From NCBI GenBank assembly GCA_031283445.1, contig JAITBT010000026.1, positions 7,634 through 71,633 of the forward strand: 64,000 bases of DNA, in the 5' to 3' direction. The first letter of the stretch is position 1; the number at the start of each line of letters is the position of its first letter. The notes beneath the pieces are model-generated. The model saw only the letters and a list, made by a program, of their open reading frames with translations, ran no database searches and was not told where the DNA came from. Positions 39,004-48,649 of this stretch are shown here, piece after piece. This DNA is from Holosporaceae bacterium (GTDB lineage Bacteria > Pseudomonadota > Alphaproteobacteria > UBA3830). The translations under genes and the position numbers were made by a program.

Positions 39004-40598
39004 GCCCCCTGCAGCTCTCCGCTGCTGTCCATCTTACGTAGTGCCTTGCGTATCCGATTATCGAGACCCCCTATAATCACTTGGATATGTTTTTCTTTCG
39101 CTTCGACCACAAATTCCTTCAGGACTTTTGCTCCTGTAGCATCAATGAAGGGGACATTTTGCATATCTATATAAATAATGTCGTGCGTTTTTGGTAATGA
39201 CTTGAGCGCATTGTTTAAAATTGGTGCTGCACCAAAAAATAAGTGACCACATACTTTCAGACTTTCGCATTCACAGGTTTTGCCCTTGATGTTGTGAATA
39301 GTTTTGGAGCAGATTTCAATTTTCGTAGTCTCCACTGATCTTTTAATAAATAGAAATGCTGACATGATCAGCCCGACTTCCACGGCTATAACAATATCCA
39401 CAAGTAATGTTGTTAGTATTGTTAGTATAAAAACTGAGCTATCACTCTTGGGTGCCAAGAATATGTATTTATTTTTCGTCAAGGCTGCCATATTCCAAGC
39501 TGTCGTCAATAGCATTGCGGCCAGGCAGGAAAGTGGTATGATTTTTATAAAATCCCCCAGGCAAAAAACATATAGCATGATCAGCAATGCATTGCATAAT
39601 CCCGCAACCGGCGTTTGAGCCCCTACTTTTACATTTAACGATGTAGTACCTAGTGCACAAGTGGCGGGAATTCCCCCAAACACCGCCGAACCGAGGTTTG
39701 CTACGCCCTGCCCGAATAATTCCATATTCGATCTGTGTTTTTGCCCAGATAGATTGTCAGAAATTACAGCTCCCAGCAAACTTTCCAAACTCCCCAGAAA
39801 TGCAATTGCAAAAGCAGCCGGAAAAAGTTTCCTTAAATTTGTAAATGAAAAAAATTGTTCTGGTACAGAAAATACCGGCAGATTATGAGCTATGTCACCG
39901 AACTTACTACCGACCGTTTCCAGACCGACGTTAGGAAAGAAAGATGAATATCCGATACCTATTAGAAGTATCACCAGGTAACGCGGAAATTGTGGGCGAT
40001 ATTTTTGCATTATTTCTAAAAATATCAGAGAAAATAATCCCAGCGCTAGCGCATAGCCATTTACCGTATCTAATCGTGAGAAATAGTAAGATAATCTACA
40101 AAAAAAGTTTGCCGGAACGGATTGTAGCTGTAGACCTAAAAAATTACCCAGCTGTGCCACTATAATAGATAATCCAATACCAGCGGTAAACCCTGCAGTG
40201 ATAGGGTATGGCACATAGTGAATAAGATCACCAATATGCAGCAGTGCAAATATAATCATTAGAATGCCAGCCATAATGAGCGCGCAGGTCATGCCTTCAA
40301 AACCATGAATTTTTATAATATCTGCCACAATCATGGCAAATGCTCCTGTTGGTCCAACTATCTGAAAGCGCGATCCTCCGCAGAGACAAGCCAGCGACCC
40401 AGCAATTACGCTGGTAATAATTCCAATCATAGGAGATGCGCCGGAGGCAATGGCGAATGTCATAAAAAGTGGGAATGCTACTACGGACACCAGCAAACCA
40501 GCTCGGATATCGCTGGAAAAGGATCGTAGCGAGTAATGTTTGCGAATGGATACAACTATCTCCGGCATCCACTCAGCCAAAATTCTTTTTTTTCTCAT
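38955..40598 (-). CDS. SulP family anion transporter with a C-terminal STAS domain
   Basis: 547 aa with a multi-TM SulP core (..GLLVSVVAFPLFMTFAIASGASP..) and a C-terminal STAS-like region (IIYIDMQNVPFIDATGAKVLKEFVVEAKEKHIQVIIGGL). Confidence 0.85.
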   Translation of the reverse strand: MRKKRILAEWMPEIVVSIRKHYSLRSFSSDIRAGLLVSVVAFPLFMTFAIASGASPMIGIITSVIAGSLACLCGGSRFQIVGPTGAFAMIVADIIKIHGFEGMTCALIMAGILMIIFALLHIGDLIHYVPYPITAGFTAGIGLSIIVAQLGNFLGLQLQSVPANFFCRLSYYFSRLDTVNGYALALGLFSLIFLEIMQKYRPQFPRYLVILLIGIGYSSFFPNVGLETVGSKFGDIAHNLPVFSVPEQFFSFTNLRKLFPAAFAIAFLGSLESLLGAVISDNLSGQKHRSNMELFGQGVANLGSAVFGGIPATCALGTTSLNVKVGAQTPVAGLCNALLIMLYVFCLGDFIKIIPLSCLAAMLLTTAWNMAALTKNKYIFLAPKSDSSVFILTILTTLLVDIVIAVEVGLIMSAFLFIKRSVETTKIEICSKTIHNIKGKTCECESLKVCGHLFFGAAPILNNALKSLPKTHDIIYIDMQNVPFIDATGAKVLKEFVVEAKEKHIQVIIGGLDNRIRKALRKMDSSGELQGAYSDDVSEEPSAVRGQ

Positions 40599-40607
40599 GG
40601 GTATACC

Positions 40608-41936
40608 CTATTTTTTCTTCAGAAATTCCAGAACTTCTTTTTCCATACTCTCGAAGTGGATGATATTTTGTTCCCTAGTTTTGAGATTTTTGATAATCGC
40701 TTTTTTCTCCAAAAGCTCCATCTCATTTGCCATAACCACGAAATTATATCCTTTTTTATCGGCGTAACTCAATTGTGCTCCCAGATTTTTGTCCTGCAGA
40801 TATGTTTCTGTTTTTATACCTATTCTTCTTAGCTCATGGGCGATTTCTATGTAATTCCCAATGAATTTGCGATCTTGTACAGTAACTAAAACTGTTGCTG
40901 GAGACAGCTTGTCTGATTTTAAGAATCCTTCTTCCATAAGTTTAGGAATTAATCTAGAAATGCCGATGGTAGCACCTACTCCCGGAAAAATTCTGTTGGA
41001 CATTAGCTCCGTGAGATTATCATACCGGCCTCCTCCAGAAATGCTTCCAATCGTACGCATGCTACCATCAAATATCGTCTCGAAAACTGTACCTGTGTAG
41101 TAGGTCAACCCGCGAGCCAGCTTCGGGGAAATCTTCACAAGACTATCTTCAATTTTAAGCTTTTTTAAGAGCTGCAAGATATTGTTTAATTCTACAACTC
41201 CACAATTATATTCTTCATTTAGATTCATGGTTTCTAACCATTTCAGTATCTCAAAGTTATCACCAATTTTTTCTACATTCAAAAAGGTCTTTAATTGCTG
41301 AATCCTTTCAGGAGAAATTATAAATTTCTCTATTGTTTTGTCAAATTCTTCCGGCGAGATTTTTTCAATTTTATCAATTAATTTTATTGTTTCCACAATT
41401 TCATTTTCTGCGACAATGGTTTTCAAGAAGCCGGACAATATCTTTCTGTTATTTAATTTAGTATGAAAGTCGGGAATGTCCAGTGAACGTAGTACATTTA
41501 TTACTATAGATATGATTTCTGCATCGTATTCTATTGATAAATTTCCATCTCCTATGACATCGATATCACATTGATAAAACTGCCGATATCTTCCCTGCTG
41601 CGGTCGCTCTCCTCTCCAAACAGGAGATATTTGGTACCTTTTATGCGGAAATATCAGCTGCCCCGCATTCGACACCACATATCTAGCCAATGGTACGGTC
41701 AGGTCAAAGCGCAGCCCGATGCTTTTTTTACTATTTTCATCTGCAATACGGTAGAGTCCGTAAATTTCATTGTCATTTCCTTTGGCTAAAAGAGTGCTTA
41801 TTCTTTCCGCCGCAGCGGTTTCCATTGGCGCAAAACCATAAAATTCAAATTGTTCTTTGATAGTGTCGATTATTCTATTAAATACGATTTGTTCATTTGG
41901 TAAAAACTCTGGAAACCCGGAGATGTCGCTTCTCAT
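40608..41936 (-). CDS. hisS: Histidine--tRNA ligase
   Basis: Class II aaRS motifs (...RYQISPVWRGERPQQGRYRQFYQCD..., GGGRYDNL) and a C-terminal anticodon-binding domain. Confidence 0.9.
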   Translation of the reverse strand: MRSDISGFPEFLPNEQIVFNRIIDTIKEQFEFYGFAPMETAAAERISTLLAKGNDNEIYGLYRIADENSKKSIGLRFDLTVPLARYVVSNAGQLIFPHKRYQISPVWRGERPQQGRYRQFYQCDIDVIGDGNLSIEYDAEIISIVINVLRSLDIPDFHTKLNNRKILSGFLKTIVAENEIVETIKLIDKIEKISPEEFDKTIEKFIISPERIQQLKTFLNVEKIGDNFEILKWLETMNLNEEYNCGVVELNNILQLLKKLKIEDSLVKISPKLARGLTYYTGTVFETIFDGSMRTIGSISGGGRYDNLTELMSNRIFPGVGATIGISRLIPKLMEEGFLKSDKLSPATVLVTVQDRKFIGNYIEIAHELRRIGIKTETYLQDKNLGAQLSYADKKGYNFVVMANEMELLEKKAIIKNLKTREQNIIHFESMEKEVLEFLKKK

Positions 41937-42239
41937 TATATGCCCCTAGTTCATTCCATCATATAAACATACTCTCCGTAGAGAATCTGCGCGCATTTTT
42001 TATTTTAAACAGATAAAAATACTACTTGATTTTTGTTTCTTTAAACAGTACATGCTTTCGAATAACTGGATCGTATTTTTTCATCTCCATTTTTTCTGGC
42101 TGTTTCCTCGGATTTCTTTTCTTGACGTAAAAAAAACCAGTATCCGCCGTGCTCAGCATTTTTACTGTCATCGCTGCCGTTTTGGCCATTGTAAAACTCC
42201 ATAAAATAATAGGTATTGTGTATAAATTTCTCTAGAAAA

Positions 42240-42998
42240 TCAAGTTGTAAATTGTTCATTGAGAGTTTTACTTTCGAGGGAATTATTCTTATCCAGTAGC
42301 AGAGATAAAGTTACAGTTCTATCCTCAAAGACCTTTACATTAACTGCTTGCCTAAATTCTATATAATCTGCAACGGCACAGACTGGCCTTCGGGCACCAT
42401 CCAAGACTTCAAAATCCAGTATGGTTTCCGATGGTAGAACTGCTCCCCGCCAATTCCTGGGCCGAAATGGACTAATGGGAGTGAGCGTCATAAGCTGGAA
42501 ACCTACCGGAATAATTGGTCCGTGCGCTGAGTAATTGTAGGCGGTACTGCCAATTTGCGACGCCGTAATCAAGCCATCACAGATTAGTTCTTGCATTCGG
42601 AGGACGCCATCAACTTTTATGGCAATCTTTGCGGACTGGTGAGTTTCTCGAAGTAAATAGACTTCGTTTATGGCAATATCACTAAATGTCTCTCCGTTTT
42701 TCTTTTCTATAATTATCCTTAATGGATGAAATTTTACTTCCAACGCCTGCTGAATTTTTTCTGTAAGATTTTCTTTTGAATATTTATTGGTTAAAAAACC
42801 GGTTTTTCCCCGATTCATTCCATAAACAGGAATTTTTCTATCAAAATGCTCATGGAATGCTTTTAAAACCATTCCATCCCCCGAGAGAACGACTATGCAT
42901 TCCGCTTCTTCTACATTTGCTTGACCATACTGCTTTACCATGAAGCGGAAAGCGCTTTTCGATTTAGTATTCGAAGAGCAAACAAAGAATATCTTCAT
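42240..42998 (-). CDS. nadK: NAD kinase
   Basis: The VVLSGDGMVL (GDG) motif, NEVYLLR and GSTAYNYSAHGPI are typical of NadK/PpnK. Confidence 0.85.
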   Translation of the reverse strand: MKIFFVCSSNTKSKSAFRFMVKQYGQANVEEAECIVVLSGDGMVLKAFHEHFDRKIPVYGMNRGKTGFLTNKYSKENLTEKIQQALEVKFHPLRIIIEKKNGETFSDIAINEVYLLRETHQSAKIAIKVDGVLRMQELICDGLITASQIGSTAYNYSAHGPIIPVGFQLMTLTPISPFRPRNWRGAVLPSETILDFEVLDGARRPVCAVADYIEFRQAVNVKVFEDRTVTLSLLLDKNNSLESKTLNEQFTT

Positions 42999-43068
42999 TA
43001 TCTCCGTTGAAATTACTCACTATAAAAATAACATGCTGCGAAATTTTAGCAAGAATAGCATTTTCAAA

Positions 43069-43491
43069 TCAGTCATTTTTTTGAGTGGATGCAATTGCCT
43101 TTACTAAATCCATTATTTTTTTCCTAACGGAAGGATCTGGGATTTTATAAAAAAAGCGCAATAACTCAGCAGTTTCTTTTTTGGGGAATTGATCTAATTC
43201 GTAAGTAGGTTTACTTCCTTCTCCTAGCGCCGATGGTTGTTGTTGATATCCTTCCACAAAGTAAGACAATTCTACTCCTAATATGTTAGCAATATTATAT
43301 AATGTGCTAGCACTAATTCTGTTGATGCCTTTTTCGTATTTTTGAACCTGTTGGAATGTAATATCCAAATAGCCTCCTAATTTCTCCTGGCTAATTCCAA
43401 GAGAAAACCTGCGGGCTTTTACTCGCTTTCCTATATATAGGTCGAGGCTATTTCGAAAAGATTTCGTTTTTAATACAGAGTAATCAGCCAT
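43069..43491 (-). CDS. XRE-family helix-turn-helix transcriptional regulator
   Basis: HTH_3 pattern IGKRVKARRFSLGISQEKLGGYLDITFQQVQKYEKGINRISASTLYNIANILGVELSYF. The ATG at 43491 is preceded by GGAGA; the tracked start at 43503 is GTG. Confidence 0.8.
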   Translation of the reverse strand: MADYSVLKTKSFRNSLDLYIGKRVKARRFSLGISQEKLGGYLDITFQQVQKYEKGINRISASTLYNIANILGVELSYFVEGYQQQPSALGEGSKPTYELDQFPKKETAELLRFFYKIPDPSVRKKIMDLVKAIASTQKND

Positions 43492-43623
43492 ATAAATCTC
43501 CACTAAAAATACACAAACGGCTCAACGTTAACTTAAAAAATTGTATTTTTCAATTAGAAAAAATATCTCCAGATTGTAGCCACGTAAAATAGTTCACTTT
43601 GTAGAAAGTTTCTTAAAAAAATA

Positions 43624-43716
43624 AAAGCTCAAATTGCAGTGAAAGTTTATGAATATTTTGCTAGATTCTTGGGAAATTTTTACAACTTATGGTATATGCT
43701 AAAGCTCAAAATGCAG
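43624..43716. promoter_or_regulatory. Pair of direct 16-nt repeats in the divergent XRE / isc intergenic region (candidate operator sites)
   Basis: AAAGCTCAAATTGCAG (43624-43639) and AAAGCTCAAAATGCAG (43701-43716) lie 77 bp apart. ATTGCGAATA also occurs twice (43786-43795 and 43955-43964). Confidence 0.2.
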
Positions 43717-44045
43717 AAAAAATACTTAACCTTAAGTCAACTTATTTTTTAAAGGAAAATCGTCTAAAAGCGAGAAGATATACCTATTGCGAATAGAGTG
43801 TTATTTTGCGATTAACTCAATGAAATATTTATATTTTTTTAATAAACAAAGAAGTGAGAATCAATTTAAAAAAAAAATAAAGTATATGTGAAAGATGATA
43901 TTTTTATATTATTGATAGCAAATTAAACTAAAACTTGTAATTGTATGTTTTGTGATTGCGAATAATGCTAATGATAAAAAAAATAATAGTTGAATAGTTA
44001 ATGAATTTATCATACCTTTTCTCGCGAGATGATAATGAGTGGAAT

Positions 44046-45203
44046 ATGTCGTCTGACATTATTTATATGGATTATCAAGCAACAACCCCTTGTGATAAAA
44101 AAGTTTTCAATGAAATGTTGCCTTTTTTTTGCAAAGATTATGGAAATCCTAATTCCGTACACGTGATGGGTTCGCGTGGGAAGGAAGTCATTGAATTTGC
44201 GCGAAAGAAGATTGCTGATTTTGTGAGAGCTGATGATCCTAAAGAGATCATATTCACATCCGGAGCGACAGAATCTAATAATCTTGCGATACAGGGAGTC
44301 GCGCGTTTTTATAGAGGAAAAGGCAATAGAATAATTACGAGCGTTATAGAGCATAAATGCGTTTTAGAGACATTTGAAAGCATAGGGCGAGAAGGATTTG
44401 AAGTTATTAAAATTCCCGTTCTGAAAAATGGTATTATTGATTTACAGGCTCTGGAAAACTCAATAAATGATAAAACTATTTTGGTTTCTATCATGACGGT
44501 GAATAATGAAATCGGTACTATTCAGCCTATTGATAGAATTAGTAGTATCTGCAAAAGGAATGGAGTGCTGTTCCATACGGATGCAGCTCAAGCTGTTGGA
44601 AAAATAGAAGTCGACGCCTCAAAGGTAGATTTAATGAGTATCTCTGGACACAAAATTTATGGTCCCAAGGGTATCGGAGCTTTGTATGTCCGTTCAAAGC
44701 CGCGCGTGCGATTGAGTCCTATATTTTTTGGAGGAGGGCAAGAGCGCGGTATGCGGTCCGGTACATTGCCAACTCCGCTTTGCGTAGGTCTAGGAAAGGC
44801 TTGCGAAATCGCTCAAGCAGAAATGAGCGAGGAGAGTAAAAAGTTAACAAAGTTAAAGGACTATTTTCTCGAAAAAATTTTTAGCAACTTGAGCAAAGTT
44901 TATTTAAACGGAGATACGGAATACCGAATTCCTGGTTGTATTAACCTGAGCTTCGAAGGGGTCGAGGGGGAGGGAATTATGTTAGGTATGCCAAATATTT
45001 GTGTATCTTCCGGATCTGCATGTACATCAGATTCACTGGAACCATCTTATGTCTTAAAGGCGATATCCATCCGAGAGGATCTTGCCCACTCTTCTTTGCG
45101 TATAGGTTTTGGACGGTTTACAACTTTTGAAGAAGTTGATTATGTATCTTCTAAAATCATTGAGGTTGTTAATAAGTTGCGCGCTATGAGTCCGCTTTGG
45201 TAG
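44046..45203 (+). CDS. iscS: Cysteine desulfurase IscS
   Basis: IYMDYQATTP, PLP-Lys context SISGHKIYGPKGIGALY and catalytic loop SSGSACTS. The tracked ORF starts at 44001; the ATG at 44046 matches the usual IscS N-terminus. Confidence 0.9.
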   Translation: MSSDIIYMDYQATTPCDKKVFNEMLPFFCKDYGNPNSVHVMGSRGKEVIEFARKKIADFVRADDPKEIIFTSGATESNNLAIQGVARFYRGKGNRIITSVIEHKCVLETFESIGREGFEVIKIPVLKNGIIDLQALENSINDKTILVSIMTVNNEIGTIQPIDRISSICKRNGVLFHTDAAQAVGKIEVDASKVDLMSISGHKIYGPKGIGALYVRSKPRVRLSPIFFGGGQERGMRSGTLPTPLCVGLGKACEIAQAEMSEESKKLTKLKDYFLEKIFSNLSKVYLNGDTEYRIPGCINLSFEGVEGEGIMLGMPNICVSSGSACTSDSLEPSYVLKAISIREDLAHSSLRIGFGRFTTFEEVDYVSSKIIEVVNKLRAMSPLW

Positions 45204-45211
45204 GAGAAAAC

Positions 45212-45595
45212 ATGAAATATTCGAAGGAAGTGATGGATCGCTATAATAGTCCCAAGAATGTTGGAAGTTTGGATGATAATGATAGAAATGTTGGGACATC
45301 AGTGGTAGGTGCACCTAGCTGTGGGGATGTCATAAAGTTGCAGATAAAAGTCGATGATGATGGTAAAATATCAGAGGCAAAATTTAAAGCTTATGGTTGC
45401 GGAGCTGCGATAGCTTCTAGTGCCTTGATGACGGAATGGATACAGGGGAAAAGTCTGAAAGAGGCAACTGGCATAAAAAATCAAGAAGTAGCAGAATATT
45501 TATCTCTGCCTCCGGTAAAGGCTCATTGTTCCGTTCTAGCAGAAGAAGCGGTAGAGAAGGCGATTAAAAACTATTGGGATAAAAACAATGGATGA
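45212..45595 (+). CDS. iscU: Fe-S cluster assembly scaffold IscU
   Basis: YNSPKNVGS, GAPSCGDV, KAYGCGAAIASS and VKAHCS motifs. The RBS AGGAGA precedes the ATG at 45212. Confidence 0.92.
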   Translation: MKYSKEVMDRYNSPKNVGSLDDNDRNVGTSVVGAPSCGDVIKLQIKVDDDGKISEAKFKAYGCGAAIASSALMTEWIQGKSLKEATGIKNQEVAEYLSLPPVKAHCSVLAEEAVEKAIKNYWDKNNG

Positions 45596-45959
45596 AATGA
45601 AAAAGTTTATTAAAATTACAACCAAAGCAAGCAATTTTATGAAAAAATCGATAGCAGAAGAAGGTTGCTTCGGGGTTCGAATAGATGTAGCTCCAGGGGG
45701 ATGCCAAGGCTTAACTTATGAATTTAGTTTTGTAAAAGAGATCAATTCCAGCGATTTAGTTCTGGAAGAAGACGGCGTGACCATATATATCGCTGCCCAC
45801 GTTGTTCCCTTTATCTCCGGAATGACTGTCGATTTCATTAGTAGTCCCATGGGAGGGAATATTGTTTTTGAAAACCCAAATGCAAAATCTCGTTGCGGAT
45901 GTGGAAAGTCATTTTGTATGGATACAGATGCTACCTGCGACAGGGAGTGCTGCTTCTGA
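45588..45959 (+). CDS. iscA: Fe-S cluster insertion protein IscA (HesB family)
   Basis: GVRIDVAPGGCQGLTYEF and the C-terminal SRCGCGKSF motif. Confidence 0.85.
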   Translation: MDEMKKFIKITTKASNFMKKSIAEEGCFGVRIDVAPGGCQGLTYEFSFVKEINSSDLVLEEDGVTIYIAAHVVPFISGMTVDFISSPMGGNIVFENPNAKSRCGCGKSFCMDTDATCDRECCF

Positions 45960-45964
45960 CCATT

Positions 45965-46420
45965 ATGAACTATTTCGAAAAATTTGGAATTCCGGTTGGG
46001 TATAAAATCGATGAAAATGCTTTAGTTCAAGCATATTTGCAAGAACAGTCCAGCTTTCATCCTGATGCCAATGAGGTAGAATTCGAAAAGTCTGCGCTTT
46101 TGAATAAAGCCTATAAAGTCCTTTCGAATCCGATAGACAGAGCAAAACATTTCCTAGAAATTCACGGGAAATATCAAGATGTTTTGGATCCGGAATTTTC
46201 AGTGGAGGCGTTTAATTTACGAGAAAAGTACGAAACTTTAGCTACATTAAAGAGTAAAAAAAAATTCCAAGAAGAATTGGCCAAACGGATTTCGGAACTA
46301 ATAGCAACGTTATATAAACTTGAGAATAATCTGGATGCTTTTCAAAAAAACTACGGATTATTGCGTTTTATTAATTCTTTTTTGGAAAAGGTTAGATCAG
46401 ATGCTTACGGTCGGAATTGA
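45965..46420 (+). CDS. hscB: Co-chaperone HscB (J-domain)
   Basis: MNYFEKFGIP..., an HPD tripeptide (SFHPDAN) and position between iscA and hscA. The start was moved to the ATG at 45965 from the tracked 45893. Confidence 0.8.
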   Translation: MNYFEKFGIPVGYKIDENALVQAYLQEQSSFHPDANEVEFEKSALLNKAYKVLSNPIDRAKHFLEIHGKYQDVLDPEFSVEAFNLREKYETLATLKSKKKFQEELAKRISELIATLYKLENNLDAFQKNYGLLRFINSFLEKVRSDAYGRN

Positions 46421-48107
46421 TCTTGGGACAACTGCATCCGGAGTGGCATATATGAAAGACGGCAGGCCGATTACTTGCAGAATTAATGGTAATGTTACAA
46501 TACCGTCTGTTGTAAATTATTCTGGAGACCAGGTAATTATTGGAATTGAGGCTATATATAGCCCAGAGGTCTCCCCAGAATCTACGGTATCTTCTGTGAA
46601 GCGTTTTATGGGAACAGGAAACATGTTTCGTGAAAAAAGTCCCATTGAAGTTTCTGCAGATATTTTGTCATATCTGAAAAATAATGTGGAAAGAGATCTT
46701 GGAAGAAAGATCGATGCTGCTGTAATAACAGTACCTTCGCATTTTTCGGATGCCCAGCGAACGGCCACAAAACATGCAGCTTCCATTGCTGGCATTAGGA
46801 TTTTGCGCCTGATAAATGAACCAACTTCTGCCGCTCTTGCTTTTGGGTTGGATAGAAAAAAAGATGGTATTTTTGCGGTCTATGATTTTGGCGGAGGTAC
46901 CTTCGATTTTTCTGTTTTGCGATTGAGGAACGGTATTTTTCAAATTCTTGCTACCGGTGGAGATAATTACCTCGGAGGAGATGATATAGACCTCGCCATA
47001 TTAGACTACAATTCTCAACTTCATGAATTGGAAATAGATGCAAATGAGAAAATATTCGGAAAGCTGGTTGCAAAATTTTTGAAAGAGAATTTGAATGACG
47101 CTGCGGATATCAAAAAAAAATACACTTATAAAAACCGAGACTATGAATTCCTTCTGTCTCAGAATATTCTACAGCAGGTTTCTTGTGATTTTTTGCAAAG
47201 AACTATGGAAATATCTGATCAAGTTTTACTTGATGCAAACATTGATTCCTCTGAATTAGATGGTGTCGCTCTGGCTGGAGGTATGACAAAATTAAAATTG
47301 GTTCGTGATAAAGTGCGGAAACATTTTTCCACCACAATTTGGGACAATATAAATCCCGAAGAAGTAGTTGCATTTGGAGCGGCAATTTACGCTGATTCTA
47401 TAGTTCATAAGAATCATAGTCTGCTTTTAATCGATGTTGTACCACTGACGCTAGGAATTGAAACTTTAGGCGGCGGCGTAGATAAAATTATTCATAGAAA
47501 TACTCCCCTGCCCGCTATGGAAAAGCGATATTACACCACCTACCAGGACAATCAGACAGGCATAAAATTTCATGTGGTACAGGGAGAAAGACCTCTGGCC
47601 AGCGAATGTCAATCTCTTGCAAATTTTGAATTAACGGGAATTCCTACTATGCCTGCTGGAATGCCTCGCATTGAAGTAAAATTTTCTGTTGATGTAAATG
47701 GATTGCTCCAAATTGAAGCTCGTGATCAAAAAACATCCGTTCAACAAACGGTGGTCGTGGATCCTTCCTCTGGATTGTCCCCGGATAAAATAGTATCTCT
47801 ACTAGAAAAAGCGAAAAAAAATCAAGAGCAAGACTCTATTCATGCTAGAAATATTTCTTTAAAAATCGAATCTCAAAGAATGGTAAAATTTTGGGAGTCG
47901 ATGGTCGATAAAATTCCTTTTTCTTTTCAGGAAATAGCAAAATCTGGGATTGTAAATTTAAAAACTGCTTTAGAAACGGATCAATATGAAGACATTCTCC
48001 TTTCCAGAAAAAAAATAGAGGAGTTATTTGGCCCATTCTTGGATGATATAATAAATGCGCGCTTGAGTGGAAGGGCTGTAACGGACTTGGCGGGAGAACT
48101 ACAATGA
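46401..48107 (+). CDS. hscA: Fe-S protein assembly chaperone HscA (Hsp70 family)
   Basis: MLTVGIDLGTTASGVAYM, DFGGGTFDFSVL, and a substrate-binding domain and lid. The start was moved to the ATG at 46401, which overlaps hscB by 20 nt. Confidence 0.9.
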   Translation: MLTVGIDLGTTASGVAYMKDGRPITCRINGNVTIPSVVNYSGDQVIIGIEAIYSPEVSPESTVSSVKRFMGTGNMFREKSPIEVSADILSYLKNNVERDLGRKIDAAVITVPSHFSDAQRTATKHAASIAGIRILRLINEPTSAALAFGLDRKKDGIFAVYDFGGGTFDFSVLRLRNGIFQILATGGDNYLGGDDIDLAILDYNSQLHELEIDANEKIFGKLVAKFLKENLNDAADIKKKYTYKNRDYEFLLSQNILQQVSCDFLQRTMEISDQVLLDANIDSSELDGVALAGGMTKLKLVRDKVRKHFSTTIWDNINPEEVVAFGAAIYADSIVHKNHSLLLIDVVPLTLGIETLGGGVDKIIHRNTPLPAMEKRYYTTYQDNQTGIKFHVVQGERPLASECQSLANFELTGIPTMPAGMPRIEVKFSVDVNGLLQIEARDQKTSVQQTVVVDPSSGLSPDKIVSLLEKAKKNQEQDSIHARNISLKIESQRMVKFWESMVDKIPFSFQEIAKSGIVNLKTALETDQYEDILLSRKKIEELFGPFLDDIINARLSGRAVTDLAGELQ

Positions 48108-48403
48108 AGATAACTTTTATTTTAAAAAATGGTGAAGAGAAAACTGTGCAATTCACTGCTAATCAATCTGTCCTGAAGGTTGCCGAAAAAAACCATATAC
48201 CCCTTGCTAGTGCTTGCGAAGGATTTGGAGCATGCGGGAAATGCCACGTGCTTATAGAAAATTTGCAAGACAAACTCTCACCAATTTCAGATTTAGAAGA
48301 AGATACTTTAGATAAAGTCAGTGGCGTTACCATGAATTCACGACTAGCCTGTCAGCTAATTCTGAATAATTATCTGGATGGACTTCGCATAAAACTTGTT
48401 TAA
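48104..48403 (+). CDS. fdx: ISC-system [2Fe-2S] ferredoxin
   Basis: 99 aa with cluster ligands in ACEGFGACGKCHV and SRLACQ. It is the last gene of the isc operon. Confidence 0.85.
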   Translation: MKITFILKNGEEKTVQFTANQSVLKVAEKNHIPLASACEGFGACGKCHVLIENLQDKLSPISDLEEDTLDKVSGVTMNSRLACQLILNNYLDGLRIKLV

Positions 48404-48649
48404 TTGGCCATATATTTTTGGGGAATCAAATTTATGGATTTTAAGGTGGATGATGCTGGTATCGCTGCCCATCCACAGATGCTTTTAATTCTGGACGAAA
48501 TAATCAATAGCATCGATCTGGAAACACGGAATTGTGTGGTTGAAATTCTGTGCGCATATCCAACAGCAATTATGATAATCTCTCAGGATGAAAATTTTTG
48601 GATGAAATTGAAATGTTGTCATGCTCACATTACAAAATATAAATTTTAG
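48404..48649 (+). pseudogene. Relic of an ABC ATPase domain (Walker B to H-loop fragment)
   Basis: The translation PQMLLILDEIINSIDLETRNCVVEILCAYPTAIMIISQDENFW parallels [42 protein letters not shown] in the adjacent ABC-F gene. Walker A and the signature motif are absent. The frame differs from the 48621 gene. Confidence 0.45.

Noticed and set aside
42041-42259. 72-aa minus-strand ORF between nadK and hisS, overlapping the nadK end by 20 nt.
   Set aside because: There is no RBS at either candidate start and I recognise no family. The composition is unremarkable. It could be a real small protein, but the sequence alone does not support a call.
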